Below are positions 37,954 through 47,915 of a DNA stretch of 51,292 nt, one piece after another; positions within the stretch are counted from its first letter, which is position 1; every line of letters begins with the position of its first letter. This DNA comes from an uncultured Candidatus Poseidoniales archaeon (GTDB lineage: Archaea > Thermoplasmatota > Poseidoniia > Poseidoniales > Thalassarchaeaceae): assembly GCA_963990035.1 (NCBI GenBank), contig CAXDMJ010000006.1, positions 1 to 51,292 on the forward strand, given 5' to 3'. The notes under the pieces were generated by a model that saw nothing but the letters and a program-made list of their open reading frames with translations, was not told the origin of the DNA and searched no databases. A program made the translations under genes and the position numbers.

Positions 37954-38501
37954 TCTGAGAGTCTTAACTTACTGGTGTGAAGAATAAGGCTATTGACAAA
38001 TTTTTCTACCCGGGTATTCAGATCTTCATCAATGATTTTCCCCTCGTCATCAAAAGCACTTTTGATTTTTGCAACTACTAACTGTTCTGGTATAGAAATT
38101 CCGTGAATCCACCTAGCTACGAGCCTCATGTGATTCAGAGTTGTAGTGTTAGCCTGACCGCCTAATGTACTAATAAATCCAAATATTTTACCTGTTGTTT
38201 GATCGAAAGATAGCCAATCCAAGGAGTTTTTCATAACTCCACTCATTGTACCATGATATTCAGGACTGGAAAGAACAAAAGCATCAGCAGATTCTGCCAT
38301 TTCTTTATACATTTTAACATTAGGATGACTCCAACATCCATCTTCTCCAACAAAAGGCAATGGGTTAGCGGCATTATCCCAAACTATCCATTCAATTCCC
38401 TTCTCTTTAAGGAGTTTAGAAACTATCTCTAACATTCTTCCATTAGCGGAATCTAAACCATAAGTTCCACAAATCCCCATCACTCTAAGTTGCCGTGCCA
38501 T
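37950..38501 (-). CDS. NAD(P)H-dependent FMN reductase
   Basis: ADAFVL.SPEYHG.MSG.MKN.LDW signature. Confidence 0.9.
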   Translation of the reverse strand: MARQLRVMGICGTYGLDSANGRMLEIVSKLLKEKGIEWIVWDNAANPLPFVGEDGCWSHPNVKMYKEMAESADAFVLSSPEYHGTMSGVMKNSLDWLSFDQTTGKIFGFISTLGGQANTTTLNHMRLVARWIHGISIPEQLVVAKIKSAFDDEGKIIDEDLNTRVEKFVNSLILHTSKLRLSE

Positions 38502-38592
38502 ATATGCCGGAATATGTATGTGACTTCAATCCATGGCCTAAACAGAGACATATACTGCCAATGCTTAACTCAAAGAAGTACATGCGAGTTAT

Positions 38593-39852
38593 ATGTCTGA
38601 TTTTGGGTTGAGGGCGTTACTCCATGATGCTGAAGTATCTGCAAACAATGGAAAGCACCTAAAATCAGTTAGTTTGTACTTAAAGGCTACAGAAATAGAT
38701 CATAATTGTACAGCAGCATGGTACGGCTTAGGAGTAATTAATGCAAAATTGGGGAATTTAGAAGAATCAATAAAATCTTTTGAGCAGGCACATAGAATTA
38801 ATCCTGATTATGCACCAATTAATGCTAATTTAGCAATATTATTACAACAACTTGATCCTGAGAGAGCATCTAATTTCGCTCAAATAGCTATTGGGATCAT
38901 AGGGGAAAATCAGGAGTTAGTAAGAATTTCAAAATTAAGTAAGGATAAAGAAATACAATTATTTGACAATTCACATATCTATATCGATAATATTGAAGAA
39001 AATGTATCATCCGAACAAGAAAATGAAAAAACATATCCACATTCAGAAAATAATGAACAGGGTTCACCGATTGAAGAAGATAATGGCGAGGAACAAGATG
39101 ATGGAAATTTAAATGATTTTGTTAATAGTAAAACGGCAAGGAAATCTCGAGCCATGAAAATGAGTGGGAAAGGAGATCATGCAGCTGCAGTCAATGAATG
39201 GAAAGAATTACTGAAAAAAGATAACTCAGATATTGATGCATGGAGGGGATTAGCAGATGCTCTTTCACAGGCCGGGTATGTCGAAAGAGCTGATCAATGT
39301 ATGCAGAGAATGCAAGAATTGATTGAAATAAAAGAAAATAATATCAAAGTAGATGAGCAAGAAGAACTAGAAAACTTAGTTGAAGCTGCTAAAGAAGTTA
39401 AAGAAAAAATAATTATAGATAATGAAAAAGAAAAAGTTAATGTCAATGTATCGATTGAATGGTTCAATAAAGGGATTGTTTTACTGGCTGAAAATAATGC
39501 TGCTGAAGCACTAAATTGTTTCAATAAAGCACTCTCTGATGCACCGAGAGAGGAAATTGAACTCAGAGTTAGAACTCATAATGGTAAAGGGCACGCACTC
39601 TACCTGCTGGAAGAATTCCCTGAAAGTATACAAGAGTATCATGCTGCAGTAGTTTTAGATCCAAATTCAGTAACAGGACGAACACTATACAACATGGGTT
39701 CATCGTATGCCGCTATAGAACTATATGCTGATGCAGTAAAATGCTTTGAACAAGCTAAAAATAGAGGTTTGGATAAAGAAGATTTGAAATTATGTAAAAC
39801 TCAAATCAATAGGTGTAAACTGATAATAAAGGAACAAAATAAATTTAATTAA
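38593..39852 (+). CDS. Tetratricopeptide-repeat protein
   Basis: AWYGLG, AWRGLA, WFNKG and YNMG TPR patterns separated by acidic linkers. Confidence 0.85.
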   Translation: MSDFGLRALLHDAEVSANNGKHLKSVSLYLKATEIDHNCTAAWYGLGVINAKLGNLEESIKSFEQAHRINPDYAPINANLAILLQQLDPERASNFAQIAIGIIGENQELVRISKLSKDKEIQLFDNSHIYIDNIEENVSSEQENEKTYPHSENNEQGSPIEEDNGEEQDDGNLNDFVNSKTARKSRAMKMSGKGDHAAAVNEWKELLKKDNSDIDAWRGLADALSQAGYVERADQCMQRMQELIEIKENNIKVDEQEELENLVEAAKEVKEKIIIDNEKEKVNVNVSIEWFNKGIVLLAENNAAEALNCFNKALSDAPREEIELRVRTHNGKGHALYLLEEFPESIQEYHAAVVLDPNSVTGRTLYNMGSSYAAIELYADAVKCFEQAKNRGLDKEDLKLCKTQINRCKLIIKEQNKFN

Positions 39853-42127
39853 TCGATTTACTAATTCCAATTGGTACCGATTTACTGGTAGGAGTATTAC
39901 TTCGATCAGCAACACTTTCAAGAGGTATAAGAACATTTGACTCAGGGAAATAGGTTGCCACATTACCCTTAGGTATGTCGTAGGAAACAACATACCAGCT
40001 TGGAGACATCACAGGTCCTGTTTCTCTATTAGAACTAAGATCTACTAAATCACCTTCATTGAGATCATTCTCTAAAATATCTTCACTATTCATCAGAACA
40101 ACCCTACGTCCATTTTTGATCCCTCGGTACCTATCATCTAAACCATAAATTGTCGTATTATACTGATCGTGAGAACGAATTGTCATCATCATGAATTGTT
40201 CGTCATTAGTTACGCATGAAATATCGTGAGTAAAGAAATTAGCAAGAGCATTTTTTGTTTTGAAAGTACGACTATCTCGAGGAGGATTTGGTAAATAAAA
40301 TCCAGATTTAGACCTGACTCTTTCGTTATAGTTTTCGAATTCAGGTATTGTTTTTTCGATTAAATCACGTATTAGATCATAATCTTCTGAAAGGTTCTGC
40401 CAAGCAATTCCACTCCTCTCCAATCTTGTTTCTAGAGCACCACCAATTCCAGATACAATTGATGGTTCAGATATTAAATGTAAACTCGCAGGTTTGGACT
40501 GACCCTTAGATGAGTGAACTACACCCATCGAATTTTCCACAGTGACAAATTGCCTCCCAACGAGTGAATTATCTATTTCTGTTCGCCCTAAGCAAGGCAA
40601 AATCAAGCCCGTTTTACCTGTAATTAAATGAGAACGATTAGGTTTTGTAGAAATATGAACCGTCAGATCACATTTACTGATAGCATTTGAAGTTCTATTG
40701 GTATCAGACATAGCAGAAACAAAGTTACCTCCCATCGCTAAGAATACTTTCGCTGCACCTGATTCCATAGCCTTAACTGCTTCAACAGAATCATAACCAT
40801 GTTCTTCTGGAGATATAATACCTGTTGCTTTGTCAAGATTTTGTATGAATGAGGGAGATGGTTTGTGATTAATACCAACGGTTCTATCACCTTGTACATT
40901 TGAATGACCTCTTACAGGACAAACTCCTGCACCTGGCCTACCAATATTACCACCTAGAAGTAGAAAATTAACAATCTCTTGGATAGTTGCAACTGAATTT
41001 TTATGTTGAGTTATCCCCATTGCCCAGCAAACAATAGTGGATTTGGAATTAGAAATTTTCTGAGAGACTTCGATAATCTCCTCTGAACTGAGACCAGTGA
41101 CTTCAGAAAGATTTCCTATATCTGAATTTAATACTAATTCTTTATATTCATCAAAACCATTAGTATATTCATTGATAAATTCCTTATCAATACTATCTGA
41201 TTCTATTATATATTTGGAAAATGCTCTAAACAATGCTTGATCTGAATTGATTTTTATTTTCAAATGTTTATCAGCTATAGAAGAGCCTAAACCAAACATT
41301 TCTATAGGATTTTGAGGATGCTTAAATCTCTTCATGCCCGTTTCGATTAATGGATTGATACTTATGACAGACGCACCATTTTTACGTGCATCTCTCAATG
41401 CTGTCAGCATCCTAGGATGATTAGTTCCAGGATTTTGTCCTACAACAATGATTAATTCTGCAGAATTGAAATCATCTAGTGTCACAGTACCCTTACCAAT
41501 ACCTATGGACTCACCGAGGGCAACACCTGATGATTCATGACACATGTTTGAGCAATCAGGTAAATTATTTGTACCAAATCGCCGTGCTAATAGTTGCCAA
41601 AGAAAGGCTGCTTCATTACTGGTCCTTCCAGAGGTGTAGAATATTGCTTCATTAGGATTATCTAATGATATCAAATTATCAGCTATCAGGTCAAATGAAT
41701 CATTCCATGATATAGGTTGATAGTATTCTTCATTGGGAGACAGAATCATTGGTTGAGTAATTCGACCTTGTGAATTCAACCAATGATCAGACTTCTGAGA
41801 TAATTCTGCGACACTCCATTTAGACCAAAAATTAGCATCTGCTCGACTCCTAGTCCCTTCATCTGCTACTGCTTTCGCGCCATTTTCACAAAATTCGGCA
41901 AATGAACGATGATTATCGGGGTCGGGCCAAGCACAACCAGGGCAATCAAATCCGTCGAAATCATTAACTTTTGTTAATTTCTTTATAGAAGCAATTAATC
42001 CCATATTTCCTAATCCATATTTAGCGGTAGAAATTAAAGCAGGAATGCCTGCAGCTGAGTTTTTTGGCTTAGATAATCGTGGAGGTTCTGATTCAAGTGG
42101 AGTAAGAGCTTTAATTTTCTTATCCAT
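39845..42127 (-). CDS. FdhF/YdeP-family molybdopterin oxidoreductase
   Basis: GFDCPGCAWPD, FCENG.KA, YTSGRTSNE, NLPDCSNMCHE, RGHSNVQG and RSHDQYNTT motifs. Confidence 0.93.
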   Translation of the reverse strand: MDKKIKALTPLESEPPRLSKPKNSAAGIPALISTAKYGLGNMGLIASIKKLTKVNDFDGFDCPGCAWPDPDNHRSFAEFCENGAKAVADEGTRSRADANFWSKWSVAELSQKSDHWLNSQGRITQPMILSPNEEYYQPISWNDSFDLIADNLISLDNPNEAIFYTSGRTSNEAAFLWQLLARRFGTNNLPDCSNMCHESSGVALGESIGIGKGTVTLDDFNSAELIIVVGQNPGTNHPRMLTALRDARKNGASVISINPLIETGMKRFKHPQNPIEMFGLGSSIADKHLKIKINSDQALFRAFSKYIIESDSIDKEFINEYTNGFDEYKELVLNSDIGNLSEVTGLSSEEIIEVSQKISNSKSTIVCWAMGITQHKNSVATIQEIVNFLLLGGNIGRPGAGVCPVRGHSNVQGDRTVGINHKPSPSFIQNLDKATGIISPEEHGYDSVEAVKAMESGAAKVFLAMGGNFVSAMSDTNRTSNAISKCDLTVHISTKPNRSHLITGKTGLILPCLGRTEIDNSLVGRQFVTVENSMGVVHSSKGQSKPASLHLISEPSIVSGIGGALETRLERSGIAWQNLSEDYDLIRDLIEKTIPEFENYNERVRSKSGFYLPNPPRDSRTFKTKNALANFFTHDISCVTNDEQFMMMTIRSHDQYNTTIYGLDDRYRGIKNGRRVVLMNSEDILENDLNEGDLVDLSSNRETGPVMSPSWYVVSYDIPKGNVATYFPESNVLIPLESVADRSNTPTSKSVPIGISKSIN

Positions 42128-42146
42128 AATTCCACCTTTAATGTAA

Positions 42147-42953
42147 TCAGTAATGGCTGATCCTACCCCTACCAGAATATACAGTCATATTATTATTTTT
42201 AGCAAACCCAACTAATGTCAAGCCATGTTCGAGTGCAATATCTATCGCCAGACTACTAGGTGCACCTATAGCGACAAGAACTGGAATCCCTGCTCTGCGA
42301 GCTTTGTGGACTAGTTCGAAAGACAATCTGCCAGAAAAAAGTATGAAACTGTCGGCAAATAATTGTGGAGATTCACACAAAATAGAACCTACAAGTTTAT
42401 CCATTGCATTATGCCTTCCTATGTCTTCAGCAATAAATAATAATTCCCCATTAATATTGAATAAACCACTAGCATGAGCACCTCCTGTATTTTGGAATAA
42501 AAACTGACTTTTTCTTAAATCATCTAAGCATTTATTGATTACAGACGATTTAATTATAATGTTATCAGACAACTCAGGACCATGAATATGGAGAAGATTA
42601 GAAATTGAATCTTTTCCACATACACCACATGATGAAGTTGAGGATATTCTTCTTTGAAAATCAGATATGTCTTTTTCAATAAGACTTGGTATTGTTACTA
42701 ATACGTCATCATCAATAATACTAAAATCACTTATTTGATTGAAATTATCTATTATTCCCTCGGAAAATAATAAACCAATCACTAGTTCTTTATCCATGCC
42801 AGGAGTTCTCATTGTCATCCCCAGAGAAAAGATATACTCTGAACCATCAGTAATTGAAATTGATAATGCGGACTCTTGGCATACGGTGTCCACACCTTTC
42901 TTTATTCCCTCGGAACTATACCAATTAGCAGGTACTTCGCTAATCCCAACCAT
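42147..42953 (-). CDS. fdhD: Formate dehydrogenase accessory sulfurtransferase FdhD
   Basis: MRTPG, SSCGVCG, TGG.H, EDIGRHNA.DK, SGR.SFE and APSSLA motifs. Confidence 0.93.
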   Translation of the reverse strand: MVGISEVPANWYSSEGIKKGVDTVCQESALSISITDGSEYIFSLGMTMRTPGMDKELVIGLLFSEGIIDNFNQISDFSIIDDDVLVTIPSLIEKDISDFQRRISSTSSCGVCGKDSISNLLHIHGPELSDNIIIKSSVINKCLDDLRKSQFLFQNTGGAHASGLFNINGELLFIAEDIGRHNAMDKLVGSILCESPQLFADSFILFSGRLSFELVHKARRAGIPVLVAIGAPSSLAIDIALEHGLTLVGFAKNNNMTVYSGRGRISHY

Positions 42954-43043
42954 GACACTGCGAGATGTGCTTATCTTATCTTACCATAGGTTGCCATGTA
43001 TAACTACACGATTGTTCATATAGCCCTACTAAGTCAAGAGTTC

Positions 43044-43430
43044 ATGGGAATATTAGGCGGAGGTGGTTTCTCCCTACCAGTAATAACACAAACAGAAGTT
43101 GTTGATGTTAAAATTACAGTAACTGATTCAGCCTTGAAACAAATGAAAAACACTATCAAGGGCGAAGAAGATACTCATTGTTTAGTTGTAAGCGCTCAAT
43201 CAGGGGGCTGTTCAGGATACTTATATGACATGAAAATAATGGAAAAGCCTGATCTAGAAAATTTTCAAATTCAAGATTTTGAAGGTGTGAAGGTCTATAT
43301 CCATGATAATGATAGTATATTGCTCAATGGAATTGAGTTAGACTTCAAAGATACTTTGATGGGTGGAGGGTTTAATATTACTAATCCTAATGCTTCGAGA
43401 GCATGTGGTTGTGGACAATCCTTTGGTTGA
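43044..43430 (+). CDS. A-type iron-sulfur carrier (HesB/IscA)
   Basis: GGCSG and NPNA...CGCG.SF motifs; ATG at 43044 preferred. Confidence 0.92.
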   Translation: MGILGGGGFSLPVITQTEVVDVKITVTDSALKQMKNTIKGEEDTHCLVVSAQSGGCSGYLYDMKIMEKPDLENFQIQDFEGVKVYIHDNDSILLNGIELDFKDTLMGGGFNITNPNASRACGCGQSFG

Positions 43431-43439
43431 GGGATATAG

Positions 43440-44327
43440 TTGCAACCTGAAGATATAATATCTAGTTATTTTATTCATGATTGTAGTGTAACAGTTATCG
43501 AAGGGAAAGACTCAATCACCCATTTAAATCGAATAATTACTTCAGACATTAGAGAAATTAAAAACTTAGATTATCATCAAAGCTTAATTTGTGACGCGAA
43601 CGGAAAAATAATAGATGCAATTGAAATTAGTAGTATCTCTAATCAACTCCTCATATTAGGAATCTCAAATAATTCTAAAACTACTAGGGATCTAATCGTT
43701 TCAGGCATACACTGGAATGAAGAAGTGAAAATGATGAATGGTGATGGAGCTCTGTCTATCCTCTCGATTTATTCTAGTAATTTAGAACAAATTCAAAAAA
43801 TATTAGGAGAAAATTCAGTAAATGAAGAATATAATATTTGGAAAGAATACAATGATTATTATACGCTTCAAATTAAATTGATAAATGATGTGCAAGTTAA
43901 TATATTGATACAAACTAATAAAATCCCAGATTTCATAGATAAAATAGAAAAAAAAGGAGTTTTATGTTCGAGCATAGACTCTTGGAATAATCACAGAATA
44001 GAAAATGGAATATTTTCTGATGAAGAGTATGCACACAAACCCATACCATCTGAATTAGGGTTAGACGACATTGTAAATTTGAAAAAAGGTTGCTATCCTG
44101 GCCAAGAAATTCATGCTAGACTGGAAAGTAGAGGTAAAGTCACTAAGGAAATTATGAGATATACTACGGATGTTCAATTACAACCTGGAGTTTACAAATC
44201 AAATTTAGGTAGAAAAGTCAGAGTAACATCTTCTTCTAAAAATATAGGCTTTGCAGTTGTAAGCGTCAAGGAGAGTAATGAAATTATTCTAGATGGGAAT
44301 ATTTCATTACTAACAGAAAAAATATGA
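43440..44327 (+). CDS. YgfZ/Iba57-like folate-binding Fe-S maturation protein
   Basis: KGCYPGQE signature; directly downstream of IscA. Confidence 0.85.
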   Translation: MQPEDIISSYFIHDCSVTVIEGKDSITHLNRIITSDIREIKNLDYHQSLICDANGKIIDAIEISSISNQLLILGISNNSKTTRDLIVSGIHWNEEVKMMNGDGALSILSIYSSNLEQIQKILGENSVNEEYNIWKEYNDYYTLQIKLINDVQVNILIQTNKIPDFIDKIEKKGVLCSSIDSWNNHRIENGIFSDEEYAHKPIPSELGLDDIVNLKKGCYPGQEIHARLESRGKVTKEIMRYTTDVQLQPGVYKSNLGRKVRVTSSSKNIGFAVVSVKESNEIILDGNISLLTEKI

Positions 44328-45413
44328 CTAATTAAAGTCACTTGATTCGAAATCTTCGCCTCTTTTGACCCAATCATCTAAAGACATTAGTGGGGAAATC
44401 TTCAGATCGCCCAAGTGTTGAGTGAAAAGATACAAGGTCGGAGAATGCTCTTCAACAACTTGTAATTGAAACTTTAACTTTACAGATTTACCTCTATTCC
44501 TGAAGAATGTCACTTCAATCATTAAACCAATAATAGTCGCTGTGTATAAAACTAATAATATAGCCAAAGAAAATATAATTGGATCGGCAAATAATGTATC
44601 TTCACGAATCCCTTTGTACGAGAATGTTAATTGTCTGACTAAAAAGAATATTAGGCCAGCCCCCACCCATGGTGCCATCCATGTTTCTACTAATGTATCC
44701 ATTGGAATAACCCTCCTTCTAGGAAGATCTGCAAATGAAAGTGCGCTAGCAGTGGCTGCTCGAATAACAGAAATAAATGAAACCAATATGATATACAATA
44801 ATGAGGATAAAAGAATAGTGTTCTGAATACTAAAACCAGCTAGCCAATGTAAATTCATTATTAAAAGATAAGAAAAAAGACCTAAGAACACAGTTATTGG
44901 CATACGGTGTATTGATGTTAAAATTCTATCTGAAGTTTTTATTCCAATATCTAATCTCGGTATTCCAATAATCTCCCATCGATTAATTTTTTTAACAGTA
45001 CTAGTAATTTTCAATAATAGTTTTTTTTCTATTAATATCCATTCAAAGATCTTCAATGGGAACCATGCAAAAAGACCAATTATGACTGAGAACGGAAACA
45101 GTATAGGCCAAGCTATTAGTGCTGGAAATAAAATGAAATGCGTGATCCCTAGGGGATTCAATAAATCAGATTCAATACGTGCTTGTCTATCTGGATCAAG
45201 ATATACTCTTCTTGCTTCGGCATCTAATTCAGAACGATAGCGACTTAATGGTATTCCTGAATCTAAAACTACTCTGACTTTTTCTCTATAATGTTCATGC
45301 TCTGGCTCCATTCCTGTCCACCATTTCCACGCAAAGGATAGAGGGATAGCAAGGAATAATGGCGAAATCAGTACCAAGACTGCTACGAATGTGGACTCAA
45401 GTCCTGCAACCAT
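44328..45413 (-). CDS. Hypothetical multi-pass membrane protein
   Basis: 361 aa with about 7 hydrophobic segments; no motif recognised. Confidence 0.75.
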   Translation of the reverse strand: MVAGLESTFVAVLVLISPLFLAIPLSFAWKWWTGMEPEHEHYREKVRVVLDSGIPLSRYRSELDAEARRVYLDPDRQARIESDLLNPLGITHFILFPALIAWPILFPFSVIIGLFAWFPLKIFEWILIEKKLLLKITSTVKKINRWEIIGIPRLDIGIKTSDRILTSIHRMPITVFLGLFSYLLIMNLHWLAGFSIQNTILLSSLLYIILVSFISVIRAATASALSFADLPRRRVIPMDTLVETWMAPWVGAGLIFFLVRQLTFSYKGIREDTLFADPIIFSLAILLVLYTATIIGLMIEVTFFRNRGKSVKLKFQLQVVEEHSPTLYLFTQHLGDLKISPLMSLDDWVKRGEDFESSDFN

Positions 45414-45571
45414 AGCCGTCCCAAAACCAATCCTTCAATAAAGAAATGGTGAATAAATAATAAAAATTGGCAATTGAGTACTAAAATAACAAAAATGAAA
45501 TGATTAATATTCATTTCAATACAAGAATTCGTAAACAGTCATTAATATGCTAAACTATATTCAGACGTAAT

Positions 45572-45805
45572 ATGAGTAGAGTTTGCAATATAGATGCCAA
45601 AGGACAAGTAGTTCGTTTAATTACAGGAGTTATTGCTGTATCTGTTGGGTTAGTTATGGCTTTGCTAATAACTCAAAACATGCTTTCCTCAGAGGTTTAT
45701 TGGATTCCAGTAATAGGAAGTATTGCTGGAGGCATGTTTGCTATGTGGGAAGCAAGAACCGGTTGGTGTGTTGTACGAGCAATGGGTATTAGAACACCAA
45801 TATAA
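45572..45805 (+). CDS. Small membrane protein (possibly YgaP/DUF2892-like)
   Basis: CNI.....R..G, two TM helices, and GWC....G..T C-terminus. Confidence 0.65.
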   Translation: MSRVCNIDAKGQVVRLITGVIAVSVGLVMALLITQNMLSSEVYWIPVIGSIAGGMFAMWEARTGWCVVRAMGIRTPI

Positions 45806-45864
45806 CATCGATATTACTAATACTAACTTAAACAGTCGCACCTCGACCAAGATATAGAATTACT

Positions 45865-46044
45865 ATGGGTGGAACAAATAGTGATATATTCTCTGAAATA
45901 TTTGCAGCAATATTTGGTGCTATATTTGACCAATTAGATAAAAAGAACTGGTGGATTAACTGGGTTAAACCAATTTTGTATTATGGTTCAATAATTATTC
46001 CATTCGCTTATTTATTAGGTTGGCAACAAGGATATTTTAACTAA
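45865..46044 (+). CDS. Small hypothetical membrane protein (59 aa)
   Basis: MGGTNSDIFSEIFAAIFGAIFDQLDKKNWWINWVKPILYYGSIIIPFAYLLGWQQGYFN; its stop abuts the convergent gene's stop. Not in the ORF track. Confidence 0.55.
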   Translation: MGGTNSDIFSEIFAAIFGAIFDQLDKKNWWINWVKPILYYGSIIIPFAYLLGWQQGYFN

Positions 46045-46045
46045 C

Positions 46046-47200
46046 CTACATTGTAAATAAGAAATAATAAGAAATAATTAATGCGGGAATTGCACTGTAT
46101 AATGTAGCAATTATAGCCATTTTTGGCGTTAAAGCGATAGCAGGGAACAAAGCATCACCATCATTTGATATAGCATTTCCAATTAATGCAGCAAAGGGAA
46201 TTATTCCATTAAGATACAAGGTTGTAACTAATATTTGAGGCCCGCAACCAGGAATAAATCCAATTAATATAGCTAATAATGGAATAAATATCAATGCTGA
46301 CTCTGACAATACAGCTAAATCAAGACCCAAAAATGAATTAGCATATTCATAGGCTAAATAAGCAGAAATAACCCATGCAGTGACAAAAGAGGATTCTTCA
46401 GTTGAACGTGTAAATGGATGATCACTACCAACTGTTACCGCATTAACCGGTGATGAGGCCCAAATAATAACTGAAAGAATCGCCCCAGTTAGACCAATCA
46501 ATAGCACTGGATCACCTAAGGCATAGATATCTACTTGCATGAGTTGCATTGTACCGATTACTAGACCTGGAATCGCAATTACCATGTAGATTTTATCTCT
46601 AATCCGAAGCTTACCAATTTCTTTCAATTCGAGACTCTGCACCTCAGTATTGTAAAGTTCCCCCCGATGGAATCTATCCACTAACCATCCACAAACTACA
46701 GCTGCAAAGAAAGAAATTAGTATTACCTTGACATAAGTGGCAGGCGCTTTAGCTAATAGAAGGAAAGCTGCATCTCCCATAGTGCTAATCAATGCTGCAA
46801 CCATTGCTCCTAATGTGATATTACCTCGAGCAAATGCAGTGATTGCAACTACTGCACCACCGCAACCAGGGAGTGCGCCCAATAAACTCGCAGTAGGTAC
46901 TTGCCAAACTCCACCTCTTTCCATGAGAGCACCAACATCAATTTTAAGAAAATGCTCTAAACCAAAGAAAAATAATAATGTTGCTGCTACAAAAACTGTG
47001 ACCTGAGTATATGCATCAAATATAGAAAGACGAGTGATTTCACCTAACTCACCGGGATATATAATTGCGATAATTAAAAGTCCTACAGCAATAACTCTGC
47101 GATATCTTTTAGTTAACAAATCAACTAATTCATTAGAACTACCATCAGCACCAGATGGTTTATTAGAATTGGGAATATTAAACAAATTATCAGTCCTCAA
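46046..47200 (-). CDS. Putative manganese transporter (DUF2899-like)
   Basis: Duplicated PGCG motifs (LPGCGG, IPGCGPQ) with MGDAAF and NDGDALFP; downstream of a DtxR-family gene. Confidence 0.8.
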   Translation of the reverse strand: MRTDNLFNIPNSNKPSGADGSSNELVDLLTKRYRRVIAVGLLIIAIIYPGELGEITRLSIFDAYTQVTVFVAATLLFFFGLEHFLKIDVGALMERGGVWQVPTASLLGALPGCGGAVVAITAFARGNITLGAMVAALISTMGDAAFLLLAKAPATYVKVILISFFAAVVCGWLVDRFHRGELYNTEVQSLELKEIGKLRIRDKIYMVIAIPGLVIGTMQLMQVDIYALGDPVLLIGLTGAILSVIIWASSPVNAVTVGSDHPFTRSTEESSFVTAWVISAYLAYEYANSFLGLDLAVLSESALIFIPLLAILIGFIPGCGPQILVTTLYLNGIIPFAALIGNAISNDGDALFPAIALTPKMAIIATLYSAIPALIISYYFLFTM

Positions 47201-47840
47201 AAGATATTTTTACTAGACTAGCTATAGAGGAAGATATTCTTATTTTCCTATTATTAATACTAACATTGATTCCACCATCGAAATCATCTCTTGAGAGGAT
47301 TTTTAGTTGAATACCAGGATGAATGCCATTTTTCTCCAACCATGAAAGAACATTGGAATCATCATCTGGAACCTGCATTACAGTCAAAGACATATTCAAA
47401 GGTGAATCCGAAAGAGGTAAGTCTGTCTCATTGTATAATTCACCATTAGGCCCTGGAATTGGATGCCCATGTGGATCACGTTTAGGATTACCAAGATAAT
47501 CTGCTATCGCATTCTCAAGATTCTTAGAAAGTGCATGTTCAAGCTTCTCAGCTTCATCATGTAATTGCTCACGACCGAGTCCCAACGTCTGAGACAAAAA
47601 TGTCTCTAATAATCGATGTCTCCGTACTACTGATAGAGCCTCTAATTCTCCTTTTTTAGTTAAAGATGCACCTCTGTAAGGTATATGGTCTACTAATCCT
47701 CTTTCAGTCAGTCTTTGTATCATTTTCGTTGCTGATGCGGGAGTAACATCTAGGTTATCAGCAAGTTCCTGTGTACCTACATTTTTAGGACCAAGTTTCC
47801 AAAGAGACTTCAGATAGTCCTCGATTGCGACTGAGTACAC
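47190..47840 (-). CDS. DtxR/MntR-family metal-dependent repressor with FeoA-like C-terminal domain
   Basis: EDYLK, HTH, RRHRLLETFL, EAEKLEH and DPHGHPIP motifs. Confidence 0.93.
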   Translation of the reverse strand: MYSVAIEDYLKSLWKLGPKNVGTQELADNLDVTPASATKMIQRLTERGLVDHIPYRGASLTKKGELEALSVVRRHRLLETFLSQTLGLGREQLHDEAEKLEHALSKNLENAIADYLGNPKRDPHGHPIPGPNGELYNETDLPLSDSPLNMSLTVMQVPDDDSNVLSWLEKNGIHPGIQLKILSRDDFDGGINVSINNRKIRISSSIASLVKISFED

Positions 47841-47848
47841 ATGCTTGG

Positions 47849-47886
47849 TTTAGCCATGACTAATATAAAGTTTAGCCAAGGCTAAA
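47849..47886. promoter_or_regulatory. Tandem DtxR/MntR-type operators flanking a TATA box
   Basis: TTTAGCC-AA-GGCTAAA palindrome (47871-47886) and a degenerate copy TTTAGCC-AT-GACTAAT (47849-47864); minus-strand TTTATATTA lies between them. Confidence 0.75.
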
Positions 47887-47915
47887 TTCAAATTAAAAAT
47901 TATCTAATGACAATC

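Noticed and set aside
39845-42127. Selenocysteine-containing formate dehydrogenase
   Set aside because: The frame is open with no in-frame TGA; the ligand position is Cys and the motifs are YdeP-type.
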